DNA of 64,000 nt from Callorhinchus milii (lineage: Eukaryota). The stretch lies in contig NW_024704742.1 of the NCBI RefSeq assembly GCF_018977255.1, positions 84,012,001 to 84,076,000 of the forward strand, given 5' to 3'. Position numbers and translations under genes: made by a program. The notes beneath the pieces are model-generated. The model saw only the letters and a list, made by a program, of their open reading frames with translations. It was not told the origin of the DNA and did no database searches. How positions within the stretch are numbered: the first letter of the stretch is position 1; each line of letters starts with the position of its first letter. Below are positions 62,687 to 64,000 of this stretch, in pieces.

Positions 62687-64000
62687 GTACATCACCAGCT
62701 CTGCTCCAAGAAGACCCTACTTATCTTTATCTCCCCCTCTCCCTCCAAAGGATAGTCACAACTTGGTCATTTGACATCTGACAATTGCAAGTTTGAGCCC
62801 TCTCTTGGTAGATAGTGGTACCGTAACTGATTGGGAGCTTTGATGTAACCTCATTAATTACCAAGGATGTAAGTAACCTTAATCAATAGGCTTGTTTCTA
62901 AATGTTAATTCTAGTTGGCCAATTATTCCTTACCTTACAGTTTTTTTAAAACCTGGCTTAAAAACAATACAAGCCTCTTGGTAAGCAGCACAGCTCAGCC
63001 TGAAATGCATGAGAGCACCACACTCCTGCCCACAGCTCAGACACACCCCTACCCCTTGAGGGATGGCTCTATCAGTTGGAGGTACAGATCTTCAACAGCA
63101 GCTCTGTGTTCGCCCACATTTGCTACGCATTACAGTAAATCCTGTGAAGCACTTTTAAACATCCTCCTGACGTGAAAGCCTTTTTACCAGATGTATGTTT
63201 TTTTAAAAAAATTCAGTGATTCACCAAAGTTTCTTTCAATGTTTAAGATGATCCATTCCTCTTGCATACTGTTGGCCGTTCCAGTGTAATGTTAAACTCA
63301 TCAGTTACGCATCCCCAACTGTGCTATGTTGGAGATCTGTAGGTATTCATCCATAACTGTTTGTAAATGCACTCAAATCGCAGCTCCAGAATTCTTTTAT
63401 GTTTTCATGTCAATTTTGCCAAATTGTCTTGTTAACAGTCTTCAATGTTTTTCTTTTGTGGTTTATTTTCCTCCTTCCTCTATTAATTTCAGTGAATTTC
63501 CTTAGGCAGTTTTGCATAAGCACCATGAGAACATTTTTATTTTGACTGGCTTTTTTTAAAAAGAAAAATTAAGAAAAATTCTCTCCAGAAGCCTCATCTA
63601 ATCCAAAACTGTTCTGCTGAAGTTCTCTCAAGTACAGACTTGCCCTCATCTCTTTCAGTTCTAGGTTTGAAATGTGTCGTGATCTTACCCTTAAGACCGT
63701 TGTCCTCAAATTTATGATTATTCAGAATTTTGGAAAGGCCCAAATTTGGAAGCTGATCATTTTAAGAATAAATTTCACAAATACAATAAACTCCTAATAA
63801 CTGGGCCCTGGCTTGGCTTGTCACGACAACTCAAGTCATCATGCTGTCAATATTCCCAACTGCATTTATTTATGTACTTATACATATGCCTAACTCACCA
63901 CTTTGGTTAACTCGTCAGTAAGCCTTTTTCCCATGGAGTGACGAGTTATCAGGCGCTTATTATGTTCTAAAATTCTGCACAAAATTTTCAAATTGACCCT

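Noticed and set aside
63700..64000. Possible hAT-like termini (ctgggccctg at 63810; aattgaccct at the window end)
   Set aside because: No matching opposite end or TSD could be found by eye; cut by the window edge

Overview
Repeat-dense vertebrate intronic/intergenic DNA. The repeat content suggests a cartilaginous fish, probably a holocephalan (inference, not verified). I recognised no host protein-coding exon; every ORF with recognisable homology is a fragment of a non-LTR retrotransposon (L2 or CR1 reverse transcriptase/endonuclease). The window holds many truncated L2 and CR1 copies and at least four SINE-type families: a tRNA/CORE-like SINE with an L2-type tail, Deu-domain SINEs, an AmnSINE2-like family, and an unidentified ~600-bp family. 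It also holds two copies of a non-autonomous hAT-like element with TIRs and TSDs, and three copies of a palindromic element whose arms carry a minimal hammerhead-ribozyme motif of the Penelope type. A block of GC-skewed simple repeats at about 38.5-41.4 kb surrounds a short CpG-containing unique stretch and may mark a promoter, possibly bidirectional. Coordinates and identities were read by eye and are approximate.
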